Source: an uncultured bacterium
GTDB lineage: Bacteria; Desulfobacterota; GWC2-55-46; DRQE01
Assembly: GCA_965371305.1 (NCBI GenBank)
Contig: CBDUXY010000001.1
Location: forward strand, 1-45,102
Length of the DNA stretch: 45,102 bases
Direction of reading: 5' to 3'
Every line of letters begins with the position of its first letter. The stretch's first letter is position 1. The notes beneath the pieces were generated by a model, which ran no database searches, was not told where the DNA came from, and saw only the letters and a program-made list of their open reading frames with translations. The position numbers and the translations under genes are program-made. Shown here piece by piece: positions 7,662 to 16,954 of the stretch.

Positions 7662-9908
7662 ATGTATCGCAGCAAGTTTGGTTTAACAGCGTTATGCATA
7701 TTTTTGCTTTGCGTTTGCGTGGTCGTTTTCGAGCTTGCCTCTGACGTCGGCGCAACCGGCGGTGCGTTTTACTGGGTAAAACACGGCGGCGGCACAACCG
7801 ACGGCAACACCCCTCACGACGTCGGCAACGGCCCTGGAGTCGACCGTTCCGCTAATCCTGATTACACCACCTATTATAACGAAGGTGAGCCGCTTGAGGG
7901 TGGACGCTACATAGCTGGCGAATGCACCCATTGTCATGAACCTCACGCAAGTTTTGGCACGACCGAGCCCGACCCTAACACAGGCCAGGATCTTGGCCCT
8001 GACGCCTATCTTGCCTTTAAGTCCTATGGTGATACCGATAATTACGCCGAACTCTGCTGGTACTGCCATGAGAATTTTTCTGACATAAACACCTCCGGAA
8101 GTCCTCTTGGGTACGGCCGTTTTGAGTTCTACAAGGGCAAGGCCGTTTTTCAGACTTCAAGCCATTATCTTAGTTCTGACTTCATATGGCCCGAAATATC
8201 CGGAGCGGATATCCATCCGCGCAAAAACAGAGGAAACATGTCTTCCGGCAATGAAGGCAGTTGTCTTAACTGTCACACTCCGCACGGCATCATGGAACCA
8301 ACCGGCGGCACCGAGTACGATAAAACTGCCGTACCTATTGCTCCTACTAACATGCACCTTGCCGTTAATAACGCCTCGGTCAGCGTTGATAACGTAATCC
8401 CTCGTCAGTTGATTGCCTGGGAAGAGGCGCTTTGCGAGAACTGCCACGACGCAAGCGGGCCTGCCATAGATATTCAGAGCGAGATAAATAAGCGTCCAAC
8501 AAGCGGCGGCGGCGGGGGCGGCACCGGTTCGGGCCATCCTGTAGACGATACCGGCTACGCCGGGTTGCACGTTGTGACCGAGGGCGTGCCAATAGGAACG
8601 AAACATGTTGAGTGTTACGACTGTCATAACCCCCATGCCGTAAGTGGACACGGTAGTAGCGGTACGGTCGGTAACGCCGATTTCAACCGTCTTGCCGGCA
8701 TGAAGTACGTTAAGATAGACGGTGCTGTTACGGAGAACGAGACCGAGGGGCGAGAGCCTTACGTGTATGAGCTTTGCCTGCGTTGCCACGGCAATGGTTA
8801 TACGACTTTTATAGAGCCTGACGTTTTTGCAGGTATATATGACGAAGCCGGGCAGCCAAACGCGGCCAACTTACAGCCGCTTCGTACCACGGCGGGAGAC
8901 CCTGCGTCGGCAAACACATGGGGCAGCAACAAAAGGCTTGAATTCGATCCGACAAGCATAGGCACTCAGGCGCTCTGTAACCCTTATATTGTTGAAGCCT
9001 GGTCCGACTGCAGCCCGACAAATTCTGTCTCTAATAATAACTCGGCCTTTCATCCGGTGGTTGAGCGTGGTAGGAACCAGAGTGATGAGATTGAAAGGCA
9101 ACTCACTCCTGCCGGGCTTTCAAGGACCAACTCGATACAGTGTACGGATTGCCACAATAACGACGCGACAAACGTAGCCCAGGGGCCGGTGACGGAGTCA
9201 AACGTCACAAGGGCGGACGATATTGTGCCCCCAAACTGGGTTGGAACCGACCCGGTCGGCCCTCACGCCTCTGACCCTGCAGCCGTAGGAGGCTATAAAA
9301 CTCGCAGGATACTCAGGGCTAACTACAATACAACGCTTGGGATATGGGTGAATCCATGTCCTATTGCTCCCATGAGTGGGCCTAACAACGGTTGCTGGGA
9401 CAAGCCTTTTGCATCTTATGATCCGGACAATTTTGCCCTTTGTTTCCTGTGTCATGATTCAGACGCCTTTGAATGTCAACCCGCGACTAATACAGACTGC
9501 GACGGATCTTGGGATATCTCGACAAATCCCAAGACCAACTTCGCAAGTATATTTGAAAACTCTAACCTGCACGCAGCCCACATAGCCGGCAATGGCGACG
9601 TTACAGGAGGGACGACCACGACCTGTGCCAATTGTCACTATAACGTGCATTCTAATTTAGAAGCTGCCAATACCATGTATGACGACTCCAGTTTTGCAGA
9701 CTGGACAAGGAACAATGACGGTTCGCGCTTGATCAACTTCTCTCCGATAGTACAGCCGACGACCAACTGGGGCACAATCCTTACCAGACCTTTCTGGGGC
9801 TGCGCCATATGGACAAGTGTTCAGAGGAAGGGCTGTGATTTTAACTGCCACGGGTTTGAACAGCAGATTTATTATACTGCCCCGAACGTCGGCACTACCT
9901 GTCCGTAG
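7662..9908 (+). CDS. Secreted multiheme c-type cytochrome (9 CXXCH + 1 CX3CH)
   Basis: GGGAGG lies 4 nt before ATG 7662; the ORF track starts at GTG 7650. Signal peptide present. Heme motifs: CTHCH, CWYCH, CLNCH, CENCH, CYDCH, CLRCH, CTDCH, CFLCH, CANCH, plus CDFNCH. HPV motifs (GHPVDD, FHPVVE) and a G6 linker are present. Confidence 0.85.
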   Translation: MYRSKFGLTALCIFLLCVCVVVFELASDVGATGGAFYWVKHGGGTTDGNTPHDVGNGPGVDRSANPDYTTYYNEGEPLEGGRYIAGECTHCHEPHASFGTTEPDPNTGQDLGPDAYLAFKSYGDTDNYAELCWYCHENFSDINTSGSPLGYGRFEFYKGKAVFQTSSHYLSSDFIWPEISGADIHPRKNRGNMSSGNEGSCLNCHTPHGIMEPTGGTEYDKTAVPIAPTNMHLAVNNASVSVDNVIPRQLIAWEEALCENCHDASGPAIDIQSEINKRPTSGGGGGGTGSGHPVDDTGYAGLHVVTEGVPIGTKHVECYDCHNPHAVSGHGSSGTVGNADFNRLAGMKYVKIDGAVTENETEGREPYVYELCLRCHGNGYTTFIEPDVFAGIYDEAGQPNAANLQPLRTTAGDPASANTWGSNKRLEFDPTSIGTQALCNPYIVEAWSDCSPTNSVSNNNSAFHPVVERGRNQSDEIERQLTPAGLSRTNSIQCTDCHNNDATNVAQGPVTESNVTRADDIVPPNWVGTDPVGPHASDPAAVGGYKTRRILRANYNTTLGIWVNPCPIAPMSGPNNGCWDKPFASYDPDNFALCFLCHDSDAFECQPATNTDCDGSWDISTNPKTNFASIFENSNLHAAHIAGNGDVTGGTTTTCANCHYNVHSNLEAANTMYDDSSFADWTRNNDGSRLINFSPIVQPTTNWGTILTRPFWGCAIWTSVQRKGCDFNCHGFEQQIYYTAPNVGTTCP

Positions 9909-9992
9909 GGTGTTTGTGCGTCCCTGACGCTTGCAAGCGGCGTAAGGTGTTTTTTTTATATGCATAATGTTTTTCAAGAGGGGGTGTGTGAG

Positions 9993-10259
9993 ATGAGAAA
10001 TTTTTTGATTATATTGTGCGCCGTGTTTTTAATGGGTATGGCTACGGTCGAGGCCAAGACCAGACCGGGCGACTTTGACAGGCCGGGTGACACCCCTGCT
10101 GCCGAGCGTAATAATTGCGGCGAGTGCCATGCCAGAAACCGCGGCGGAGCCGCCGGTGTTACCCCCCCTGCAAACCACCGCCGGGGCGCGCTTAAGGACT
10201 GCCTTGGAAACTATATAACAAGGCCGGGACAGTTCCCCTGCACGTCCAACAAGAAGTAG
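9993..10259 (+). CDS. Small secreted monoheme cytochrome c
   Basis: AGAGGGG Shine-Dalgarno sequence about 8 nt before ATG 9993. Signal MRNFLIILCAVFLMGMATVEA. Single CGECH motif. Confidence 0.6.
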   Translation: MRNFLIILCAVFLMGMATVEAKTRPGDFDRPGDTPAAERNNCGECHARNRGGAAGVTPPANHRRGALKDCLGNYITRPGQFPCTSNKK

Positions 10260-10728
10260 AGAAAGCTGTTTTTAATCTTTTCCTGTTCTTACCGGGCCTT
10301 TCTTTCACCTCACTCCCGCCTTTATGTCAGGCGTGAAGACGCCTCTCTATGACTCTTTTACTTTTGTGCGTAATTCTGCCCTGGTTTTCTCCTGTGTTTT
10401 CTCCTGCGTTTTACTTTGGCACGCAAGTTCCCAATTCTGAAAAACCAACGTTAAACAATCGTTATTGCACGTCCCTACCCCCTTTATCGGATAGAAATGT
10501 ATTGAACTTCAGGTGGCAGATATGATATTTTAATAATATTTGTTTTTGTAGGCAGTTTTATACAAAATCGGCGTAAATTCCTGTATGTAAGCTTTTTTGC
10601 GTGTGTAATGATAGTAAAACACTACCTCAAAGCTTTATTACGGAGTATCAGAAGCAATTATGTTGGAAAAACCTCTGAGCCAGGATATGTGGCAATAGAC
10701 TCGCTATGCGGGTTAATGGAGTGTGTGT

Positions 10729-12162
10729 GTGAAAAAGCAAACCGGATTGCTGTGTTTGTTGTTTGCCGTGCTTGTGTTGGTTGCTTCATGTGCCGAGTTT
10801 ATTGATGAATTGCCATCTCGAATTCAGGTCACAGGCGAACCAAGACTTTTGTTTTACATCCATTCCACCTCCAGCTCTCCGGTGGACATAGATTTTACGG
10901 TTATGGAACTGGCGGTAAAGAACTCATCCGGCGTGTGGATTACCGCGCTTGACGAGCCTGTCACCTTACGTTCCGTCTCCCTGTCAAACTCTCAAAGGCT
11001 TCTTGGTGAGGCCTTCGTTCCTGAAGGCCTATACAGCGAGTTAAGGATGACTGTGTCCGCCGCTTCTATAAGAAGCGGCGTTTCCAGGGCAAGTCTGAGT
11101 GTTGCCGACCAAGGTGTGCTTGAACCGAACTCGATTGAACTTAATTTAACAACCGGTCAGTCCACTGTCGTAACTCTTGCCTGGAACCCCAATGAATCGA
11201 TTGAAAAAAGGGTCTTGTTTAATCCTGACATTAAAGTCGATCCTCAGAGGTCTTCTGCAAGGGAGCTGATAATGTTTGTTTCCAACAGTGGCTCTGATTA
11301 CGTCTCCGTGCTTGATATGAGCCTTGAAAGGGTTACTGCCGCCGTGAGTGTTGGTAGTCGCCCTATGGGCATGACGCTTAATGCTACGGGAGATACGCTC
11401 TATGTGGTTAACAGCGCGTCAAGGACCATATCTGTGGTTGACCCCATACACTTCGAGCAAAGAGATTTGATAGACATTGCCGGAGGCATTGAGCCGACCG
11501 ACGTAGTGTTTGTGCCGGACGGGGAGGACTCTATCGAGGGCAAGCTCTATGTTACAAACCGGATGTCAAACGATATAGCCGTTATAAGCACGTATACGAG
11601 AAGGCTTTTAAAGATGCTTCAGGTCGGTCTCGCCCCGTCTCATATTGTTGCAAACCCTGAGAGAAAAGAAGTCTATGTGACAAATGAGTTCTCAAACACA
11701 GTGAGCATAATAAGCACTGTTGATGATACGGTTACCGCGAATCTGCGGGTGAATGGACCTCCTGTAGGGCTTGCCCTTAACAGCGACGACAACATGCTCT
11801 ACGTTTTTATAGAGGCCTCTAACTCGGTAGCTGTACTGTCTACTATAGACAGGGTGCTTGTTGAAACCATAGCGCTTGAGCAGGGACCGGCCAGGGGTGT
11901 CGTTGGGTTCGATAATAGACTTTTTGTAGGCAGTAGTTCTTCAGATACCATGACGTTTTTGACCCGGGATAACGTTATTATCAGAACGATTGATTCGGGC
12001 GCAGACCCTTCCGGGTTCTCCGTGGATGAGATAAGAAATAGACTATATGTGACTAATACCGGAGACGATACCGTCTCTGTCGTGGACCCGCTTGGGCATA
12101 GAATTGTTAAAGACCTGCAGGTGGGCAAGGGCCCTTACGGCATCGTGCAGATGGAAAGATGA
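10729..12162 (+). CDS. Lipoprotein: DUF4382-like N-domain plus YVTN-family beta-propeller
   Basis: GGAG lies 7 nt before GTG 10729 (GTG 10723 is too close to it). Lipobox LVASC. Repeated ~40-aa units (DTLYVVNSASRTISVVD, KLYVTNRMSNDIAVIS, EVYVTNEFSNTVSIIS, MLYVFIEASNSVAVLS, RLYVTNTGDDTVSVVD). Confidence 0.75.
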   Translation: MKKQTGLLCLLFAVLVLVASCAEFIDELPSRIQVTGEPRLLFYIHSTSSSPVDIDFTVMELAVKNSSGVWITALDEPVTLRSVSLSNSQRLLGEAFVPEGLYSELRMTVSAASIRSGVSRASLSVADQGVLEPNSIELNLTTGQSTVVTLAWNPNESIEKRVLFNPDIKVDPQRSSARELIMFVSNSGSDYVSVLDMSLERVTAAVSVGSRPMGMTLNATGDTLYVVNSASRTISVVDPIHFEQRDLIDIAGGIEPTDVVFVPDGEDSIEGKLYVTNRMSNDIAVISTYTRRLLKMLQVGLAPSHIVANPERKEVYVTNEFSNTVSIISTVDDTVTANLRVNGPPVGLALNSDDNMLYVFIEASNSVAVLSTIDRVLVETIALEQGPARGVVGFDNRLFVGSSSSDTMTFLTRDNVIIRTIDSGADPSGFSVDEIRNRLYVTNTGDDTVSVVDPLGHRIVKDLQVGKGPYGIVQMER

Positions 12163-12163
12163 T

Positions 12164-14272
12164 ATGAGATCAAGGCTTATATATACACATATAGCAGTGG
12201 TAGTTTTGTTGGCCCTGCTTGGCGTTTCGCGGCAGGCCTACGCCGAATTAGGTATTGGGGCTAATTTGTCTTATATTCAGACCAAGACGGATGTCGGCGG
12301 GGTAACGAGAGAGACTTCAGATACCAAGCAGAGTTATCACCTTAACCTCGGCCATGACATACCCCTTACACATACTATACATTTTTCAGGTGATCTTGTA
12401 TGGTCGGAGATAGAGACCTCGGGCGGTGAAAAGAGAAGAAGCATATATCCCGTGTTTACCCTTAACTTCTCTCCGCCCAAGATGTACAATATAGGATTCG
12501 GTTATTCCCGTACTGACGTGAACCCCTCCGGCGGGGACCAGATTACCAGCACCAATATGAACGTATCTTTCCTCCATCCACCGTCGCGCAGGATCCCGCA
12601 GTTTTTGATAAGCTACAATGTGTCGACCACGGAGGATCAGGACGCTCCGAAGAGCATAGACAATGTCAATAGGTCTTTAAGCGGTTCGACCCAGTATTCA
12701 ACGCGTATTGCAGATACGTCGCTTTCAGGTAATTATACGGCCAGTTTTTCGCAGTCCGAGGACAAGTTAAATGATATTTCCGGAGAAAGCATATCACACA
12801 GGATCACGCTCAACGCTGCCAGGAGATTCATGAAAAACAAGATATCTACGAGTGCTAACTTCGGCTATACCTTAAGCGACAGCACAAACGAGAGTACAGG
12901 CGGCAAGTCGAGGTTTGAAAGAAGAGAGGTTGCTAATATGGGGCTTGCAATCAACTCGGCCGTCCCTGCCGCCGTTACTCTTGGTGTTGAGGCCGAACTT
13001 ATAGACAACGGGCGCGCCACTGCGGTCACGCCCCTGATAGATATTAATAATGCCGACTGGAACATAGGTCTGGGTTTCGTATCGCCGGAACAGATCCATG
13101 CTATTGATATCTTCGTGAACACCACTTTGGCAGAGGAGACCAATATAAAAAACGGTCTTTATGACTTCGGGTGGGCCCTTTATACAAGCAACGACAATAT
13201 AACCTGGAGCTTTGCCGGAGCCCCGGTGCCTACTTATAATTCGTTTTATAACAGGTTTGAGTTTGATTTTGCCGACATTTCGGCAAGGTACTTCAAACTT
13301 GTTAATACGGCCGGTAACGGAGCAGAGGATATAAACGTTACAGAAATACAGGCCTACGGGTTTTTCCTGAGTAATCCGAAAAAGAGTTTTACTTCTACCT
13401 TGACGAGACAGTTCGGGTGGGGTAATGTGAGTTATTCTCCTACAAAACGAATGAATCTGGGCGCAGTGTTCGGGTTTGACCGCAGTGTCAGGGAGTCTGT
13501 CGCCGCTTCCGAGGCTGAAGACTTATACACCATGTTTAGTTTGAGTATGTCGTATACGGTTATACCAAAGTATTTGAGGATGTCTTCCTCTTATTCGGCA
13601 AACAGGTGGACGTCGGAAAGTGACAGTGAGACATCAAGCGACGTGTATTCTGTTAGTTTTGCCTCGACACCTATGAATGCTATAAACACGAGTCTTAGTT
13701 TCTCTCACGGGGAAAGTGGAATTAACGGTGTAACGCAGACAAAGAGCGATGGTGCAGCCTTGGGGGCTTTTTTAAGGGTATACCCGGGGGTTGATTTTAA
13801 TTTTAGTTCGAGCATGAATCAATCTGAAAACCTTGTGCTTGATTCGGAGTCAAATAGTAGAAGTTTTGCATGGAACATGAAGCTTGTGCCATGGAAAAAG
13901 GTGACGACCGTCTTGAACGGAGGCGTCACCCATACTACTACCAAGGCAAAAGGCACTACAACGTCTTCGTCGTCGCAAAACTTTAGCGTGACGGCCTCTT
14001 ATGCACCGTCCAGGTTCTTTTTTGTGTCTACTTCGCAAAACATTGATCCTACAAGGACTCAGAGCTACGGAGCAACATGGGTGCCAACTTCTAAAATACA
14101 GTTTGGCGTAAGGATGAGCAAGACGGAGACCACGAATGGATACGGAGGGACTATTAGTTGGCAACCGTTTTCGCGCCTGAATTTGCACGGTGGGTATAAT
14201 GCCACTTTAATTGATAACGCCACTAACGATAAAAACGAGTCCGTGTTTGCCCGTGCCTCGATTTCCTTATAA
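12164..14272 (+). CDS. Predicted outer-membrane beta-barrel protein with inserted F5/8 type C (discoidin) domain
   Basis: ATG lies 1 nt after the upstream stop (TGAtATG). Signal ending QAYA. Long stretches of alternating Ser/Thr/Asn-rich beta-strand pattern on both sides of a discoidin-like core (..ARYFKLVNTAGNGAEDINVTEIQAYGF). Confidence 0.6.
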   Translation: MRSRLIYTHIAVVVLLALLGVSRQAYAELGIGANLSYIQTKTDVGGVTRETSDTKQSYHLNLGHDIPLTHTIHFSGDLVWSEIETSGGEKRRSIYPVFTLNFSPPKMYNIGFGYSRTDVNPSGGDQITSTNMNVSFLHPPSRRIPQFLISYNVSTTEDQDAPKSIDNVNRSLSGSTQYSTRIADTSLSGNYTASFSQSEDKLNDISGESISHRITLNAARRFMKNKISTSANFGYTLSDSTNESTGGKSRFERREVANMGLAINSAVPAAVTLGVEAELIDNGRATAVTPLIDINNADWNIGLGFVSPEQIHAIDIFVNTTLAEETNIKNGLYDFGWALYTSNDNITWSFAGAPVPTYNSFYNRFEFDFADISARYFKLVNTAGNGAEDINVTEIQAYGFFLSNPKKSFTSTLTRQFGWGNVSYSPTKRMNLGAVFGFDRSVRESVAASEAEDLYTMFSLSMSYTVIPKYLRMSSSYSANRWTSESDSETSSDVYSVSFASTPMNAINTSLSFSHGESGINGVTQTKSDGAALGAFLRVYPGVDFNFSSSMNQSENLVLDSESNSRSFAWNMKLVPWKKVTTVLNGGVTHTTTKAKGTTTSSSSQNFSVTASYAPSRFFFVSTSQNIDPTRTQSYGATWVPTSKIQFGVRMSKTETTNGYGGTISWQPFSRLNLHGGYNATLIDNATNDKNESVFARASISL

Positions 14273-14444
14273 AACAAGGGGGCTTAACCTTGCGGGGCGC
14301 GTGCGCGTTACAAATTGTATGATGGCTTTTTATGACTGAATGTTTTGCTTTTTTTACTGAGTCTGCCACAGGGTTTGCTCAACGCAGCACTTGTATTATG
14401 TGCTACTTGATAACAGGAAAAGAATTGAAAAAAGGAGCGTAATA

Positions 14445-15050
14445 TTGTATAATTTTAAGTATATGAAGCGCACTTCAGTTACTTCAGTATTATTCTTGTT
14501 AATTGTAGGGTTATGTCTTTTGTCAGGATGTACCGGGCGGGCGGTCAGGTACGTTAACACCGAGGCCGATTTTTCGTACATCAAAAATGTCGCTATCTTG
14601 CCGTTTAATAATCTTACTTCTGATAAGTTTGCAGGGGAGAAGGTGCGTTCGGCAATGATGGTCGATTTATTATCGAGAAATGTCTTTGAAGTAACAGAGC
14701 AGGGCGAGGTAAGTAAGGCCCTGACACAGGTTTTGAGGGCTACAGGCGCAAGTGAAGGTATGGTTGTGGACTTTGATAGGGAGACCATTAAGCTTCTGGG
14801 CGAGCGTCTGGGCGTTCAGGCAATTATAGTTGGAAGCGTTGAGGAGTTTCACGGCTCAAGGGGAGCGTCTGGAGGTGAGGTGACACTTTCCGTAAGGATG
14901 CTCGATACCAGTTCCGGTGTAGTGCTCTGGCAGGTAAGGATAACCGTCCTGGGAGCAAGCGTGGCCAGAAGGATTATAGGTTTTGAGGCCAGGGACAAGA
15001 GTATCTTAACGCAAAAGATTGTAAAACGCGCGCTTGACACACTCCTGTAG
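14445..15050 (+). CDS. CsgG/LpoB/TolB-N-like periplasmic lipoprotein (paralogue 1)
   Basis: AGGAG lies 7 nt before in-frame TTG 14445; the alternative is ATG 14463. Lipobox LLSGC. Motif VAILPFNNLT..(~70 aa)..GVQAIIVGSVEEF is shared with 15175, 17537 and 3737. Confidence 0.7.
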   Translation: MYNFKYMKRTSVTSVLFLLIVGLCLLSGCTGRAVRYVNTEADFSYIKNVAILPFNNLTSDKFAGEKVRSAMMVDLLSRNVFEVTEQGEVSKALTQVLRATGASEGMVVDFDRETIKLLGERLGVQAIIVGSVEEFHGSRGASGGEVTLSVRMLDTSSGVVLWQVRITVLGASVARRIIGFEARDKSILTQKIVKRALDTLL

Positions 15051-15062
15051 ACGCGAGGTGCC

Positions 15063-15145
15063 GGCCAAGGGGGGGCAAGTGGAGTAAAGGTGGGCCAAGG
15101 GGAGTAAAGGTGGAGCCAAGGGGAGCCAAGGTGGGCCAAGGGGAG
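15063..15145 (+). repeat. Imperfect tandem repeat built on GCCAAGGGGAG / GGAGTAAAGGTGG (G-tract-rich, Shine-Dalgarno-like)
   Basis: Four copies of GCCAAGGGG(A/G)G plus one GCCAAGGTGGG variant, and two ~20-bp units GGAGTAAAGGTGGRGCCAAG. The block ends 30 nt before ATG 15175. Confidence 0.7.
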
Positions 15146-15174
15146 TTTTAGAACTTTATCGGGGAATCTTCAAT

Positions 15175-16887
15175 ATGAGTTATAAAGACATTTCAAATTT
15201 TATTAAACATGCAGCTTGCTGCAAAAAGTTCATAAAGGCTGCGTCACGTTCTGGAGGATATATTTCCACCGTTGGTATCCAGGTGGTTTTATTTGCAGCG
15301 TTCCTGGCGTTTTTAACGCTTATCTATCCCTCCTCAGCAACGGCCTCCGGCATAGCCACCCTTTATACAAACGAGTATACCTACAATAACGGTAATGGTA
15401 ATAGTAACGGCGCCAAGGGATATAACAGCAATGGTAACGGCAACGGTATGTCCGTTCCCTATCCGGTCGTTATTAAGAGCATTGCCATACTTCCTCTGGA
15501 AAACCTGTCTGAAAACAAGTTCGCAGCCGATATAATCAGAGAAGACATAAAAAAAGAATTCAAGAGTAAAGGTCTCGTATACATTGCCGACGACTCGAGT
15601 GTCGAGCGTTTCCTTGCCAAAAGGCGTATTCGCTATACAGGGGCCATGAAAAGGGTCTCGGTAAGGGAGATGGGTAAGGTCATGGGTGTGGACGCCGTAC
15701 TGGTCGGTTCTGCAAATTACTTTAGCGCTATTGGCGAGCGGGTGATAGTCGGGATCAGTTTAAGAATTTTAAGCACGCTTGACGGAAGCATCATGTGGGC
15801 CGATAATCTTACCTATACAGGCCATGACTTCGAGGGTTTGCTCGGCCTTGGTATTATCAGGTCAACCGACATACTTGCGGCCCTTGTTGTAAAGGACCTT
15901 GTCAAGGGCATAGAGGACAGGTTTTTTATAAGGGAGAGTGCCTTCAGCCCCTTTGAGATAGAAAGGGTCATAACCTATCCGACCATAGGGAGTGCAAAGG
16001 ATAAGCGGGAGATCAGGGTGGAGTTCCTCCCTCTTGCCGATGAACCGGAAAAGGTGCTCGTCATAATAGGGGGAGAAGAGGTCGTGCTTGAGCGTGTACG
16101 CGACAACAGTTACAGGGCGGATATATACGCCCCTGAAAAAGAGGGCACGTATATAGTGGACGTTATTGCCATGAATCAGTCTGACACCCCGTTTCCGTTT
16201 TCCGCGGTAGCTAAGATTATAGTTGACAATACACCTCCCAAAGTCTCTCTTAACGTTGACAAGAGGCTTTTTTCGTATGCCAAAAAAGGCGGATACGTCA
16301 TGTTTGAAGCAAAACTCCTGAGTTACGAGGAAATCGATGAATGGAAGGTGCAGATCATTGACTCTGAAGGCAACACGGTTCGCAGCGATAAGGGTTTTGG
16401 CGGCATCCCCCAAAAAATGATATGGAGGGGGGAGACAGACAACAACAATACTTACGTAAAGGATGGGGTCTATACCCTTAAACTCATTGTAATGGATACT
16501 GCCGGCAATGAGACGGAGGTCAGCGACGAGATAGTGGTAAAGAGCCGTCCTCCTGAGATAAGTATAAACGTTGACGTTGTTGACCGGAAAGTCATATTCA
16601 GTTTTGAATATGACAAGAGTGAGCCTATAGATAACTGGCTTGTCGCCATCAAGGACAGGGAAGGTAATACTATTAAGATAGCCAAGGGTGATAACAACCT
16701 TATCCCTGAGGTGTTTGAGTATGAAATAGTAGATGAATTCGATTTAAGGGAGCTGGTCTTCAATATATTGGTGGAAGATAAGGCCGGTAATATTTTTAAG
16801 ATGAGAAAGACCATACCGTCGCTTTTCTCAAGGAAAATACCTCTTGCTGATTTGATGGGAAAAGACCGCGTGTGGCAGGACTTTTAG
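15175..16887 (+). CDS. CsgG/LpoB/TolB-N-like exported protein (paralogue 2) with C-terminal Ig-like (FlgD-Ig-type) repeats
   Basis: TM or signal segment, then a Gly/Asn low-complexity run (NNGNGNSNGAKGYNSNGNGNG). Domain motif IAILPLENLS..GVDAVLVGSANYF. Three Ig-like modules (e.g. GVYTLKLIVMDTAGNETEVSDEIVV). Confidence 0.65.
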   Translation: MSYKDISNFIKHAACCKKFIKAASRSGGYISTVGIQVVLFAAFLAFLTLIYPSSATASGIATLYTNEYTYNNGNGNSNGAKGYNSNGNGNGMSVPYPVVIKSIAILPLENLSENKFAADIIREDIKKEFKSKGLVYIADDSSVERFLAKRRIRYTGAMKRVSVREMGKVMGVDAVLVGSANYFSAIGERVIVGISLRILSTLDGSIMWADNLTYTGHDFEGLLGLGIIRSTDILAALVVKDLVKGIEDRFFIRESAFSPFEIERVITYPTIGSAKDKREIRVEFLPLADEPEKVLVIIGGEEVVLERVRDNSYRADIYAPEKEGTYIVDVIAMNQSDTPFPFSAVAKIIVDNTPPKVSLNVDKRLFSYAKKGGYVMFEAKLLSYEEIDEWKVQIIDSEGNTVRSDKGFGGIPQKMIWRGETDNNNTYVKDGVYTLKLIVMDTAGNETEVSDEIVVKSRPPEISINVDVVDRKVIFSFEYDKSEPIDNWLVAIKDREGNTIKIAKGDNNLIPEVFEYEIVDEFDLRELVFNILVEDKAGNIFKMRKTIPSLFSRKIPLADLMGKDRVWQDF

Positions 16888-16917
16888 TCCACCTGGTGGG
16901 TTTAGCCCACTGGTGGT
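16888..16917 (+). repeat. REP-like hairpin pair, copy c (CCACCTGGTGGG TTTAG CCCACTGGTGG + TTTT)
   Basis: Starts right after the stop codon. It can fold as a ~9-bp stem followed by T4, so it may act as a weak terminator or attenuator. Confidence 0.45.
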
Positions 16918-16954
16918 TTTAAATGTCAGGTAGACTCTGATTTATCGGTATTGA

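Noticed and set aside
8157-8789. 210-aa antisense ORF inside the 10-heme cytochrome gene.
   Set aside because: It has no motifs, no Shine-Dalgarno sequence, and lies fully within a CDS that has nine CXXCH motifs.
10417-10431. Sigma54 promoter (TGGCACG-N4-TTCC) in the 460-bp gap before the YVTN lipoprotein gene.
   Set aside because: The -12 element reads TTCC instead of TTGC, so the conserved GC is broken. It also lies about 300 nt from the start codon. No bEBP gene is in the window.
10608-10805. 65-aa ORF overlapping the start of the YVTN lipoprotein gene.
   Set aside because: It overlaps a gene with a clear Shine-Dalgarno sequence, lipobox and domain repeats, and has no ribosome-binding site of its own.
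14425-14453. Near-consensus sigma70 promoter TTGAAA-N17-TATAAT just before ATG 14463, which would make a leaderless mRNA.
   Set aside because: The same DNA contains AGGAG 7 nt before in-frame TTG 14445, a more conventional start. The two readings are mutually exclusive and cannot be resolved without transcription-start or N-terminal data.
14849-15139. 96-aa antisense ORF with PWP/SPW repeats.
   Set aside because: It simply translates the complement of the GCCAAGGGGAG tandem repeat and the 3' end of the upstream lipoprotein gene.
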